The notes below the pieces were generated by a model. The model saw nothing but the letters and a program-made list of their open reading frames with translations, was not told the origin of the DNA and did not search any database. A DNA stretch of 64,000 nucleotides from Macrostomum hystrix (lineage: Eukaryota > Animalia > Platyhelminthes), in contig CATNEN010000029.1 of NCBI GenBank assembly GCA_950097015.1, forward strand, positions 5,394,001 to 5,458,000, written 5' to 3'. Made by a program: the position numbers and the translations under genes. Shown in pieces: positions 63,229 to 64,000 of this stretch; positions within the stretch are counted from its first letter, which is position 1, and each line of letters opens with the position of its first letter.

Positions 63229-64000
63229 ACGGCTTTTGATCATTATTATTGAGCTAATTTTCCGACGACAAATCATATGTAATGTCAGTTATTGATTTAT
63301 TATCTTCTTAAATGTTATTTACTATGGATTTCGCATGATCGCCAGTTTTTATTATACAAATATTTTATTAATGCTGTTTTTCTGCACTGCTTCTAGAATT
63401 GTAGCTTTTGATTGTCGCTATCGCAGGTTTTTATCTATCATTTCATTGATTAGAGATTTCACGAAATTATTGTATTTTATAGTCAGAGGACGTAAGAAAT
63501 TTAGCTTTGTCAGCCGAGCCGTTGGCTTAATCTGTGATGCTAATTGTTTGCCGTGTTTGTTTGTTTGTTTTACGTCTATTGCGACACAACTATAACTGCT
63601 TTACTAATTACAGCTTTACTGCTTGTAATGTGCCGGTTCTCTTTTTCTTTGGTTTAGGTTAGCTGTTTTTTTTTAAATAGAGCATGCTTTGGTGCTTACT
63701 TGTTAGTAGTAAGGCTGGATTGTGAAAACTGACTGTTTGAGCTGTTTTTAAGCCCCACTTGCCCCAGTGGGTAATGCTAGATGGCGCGCGTCTTATTGAA
63801 CTTATAGGAGTGGACATTCGAAATCTAATAACTGTAATTATAACAACCTTGCAAGCTATGATGGCTGTGTAAAATATTGTCCAAATATATATATATATGA
63901 AGCACTGAAAAGCATTGTTCCTGCCTATTTTGCCAAGGTACAGCTTGTACATAATGTTAAATACAGCTGCAGTGCTTTGTACAAATTACTACTAAAAACT

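Overview
Eukaryotic (metazoan) genomic DNA. The GC-rich exons full of poly-Ala/Gly/Gln, AT-rich spacers and roughly 15 kb of local minisatellite arrays suggest a free-living flatworm such as Macrostomum (inference, not verified). Nine protein-coding genes can be assembled by hand. Eight have GT-AG splice models that keep the reading frame: a nAChR-like Cys-loop channel subunit with an anion-type PA motif (+), KDM2 lacking F-box/LRR (-), an ILRUN/C6orf106-like protein (+), two tandem RRM-Tudor genes (+), iPLA2-beta/PLA2G6 (+), an RW/RF-amide neuropeptide precursor (-) and Mondo/MLXIP (+). The ninth is an acidic repeat protein on the minus strand that runs off the left edge and is absent from the ORF track. 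Mobile DNA includes a non-autonomous Helitron with both termini intact and a hAT MITE nested in it, four copies of a tRNA-headed CORE-type SINE, a mariner relic and a LINE 3' fragment. About 15 unrelated minisatellite arrays sit inside introns or just downstream of genes. No CRISPR array, rRNA or bona fide tRNA gene was seen. All annotations were made by eye; no database search was run.
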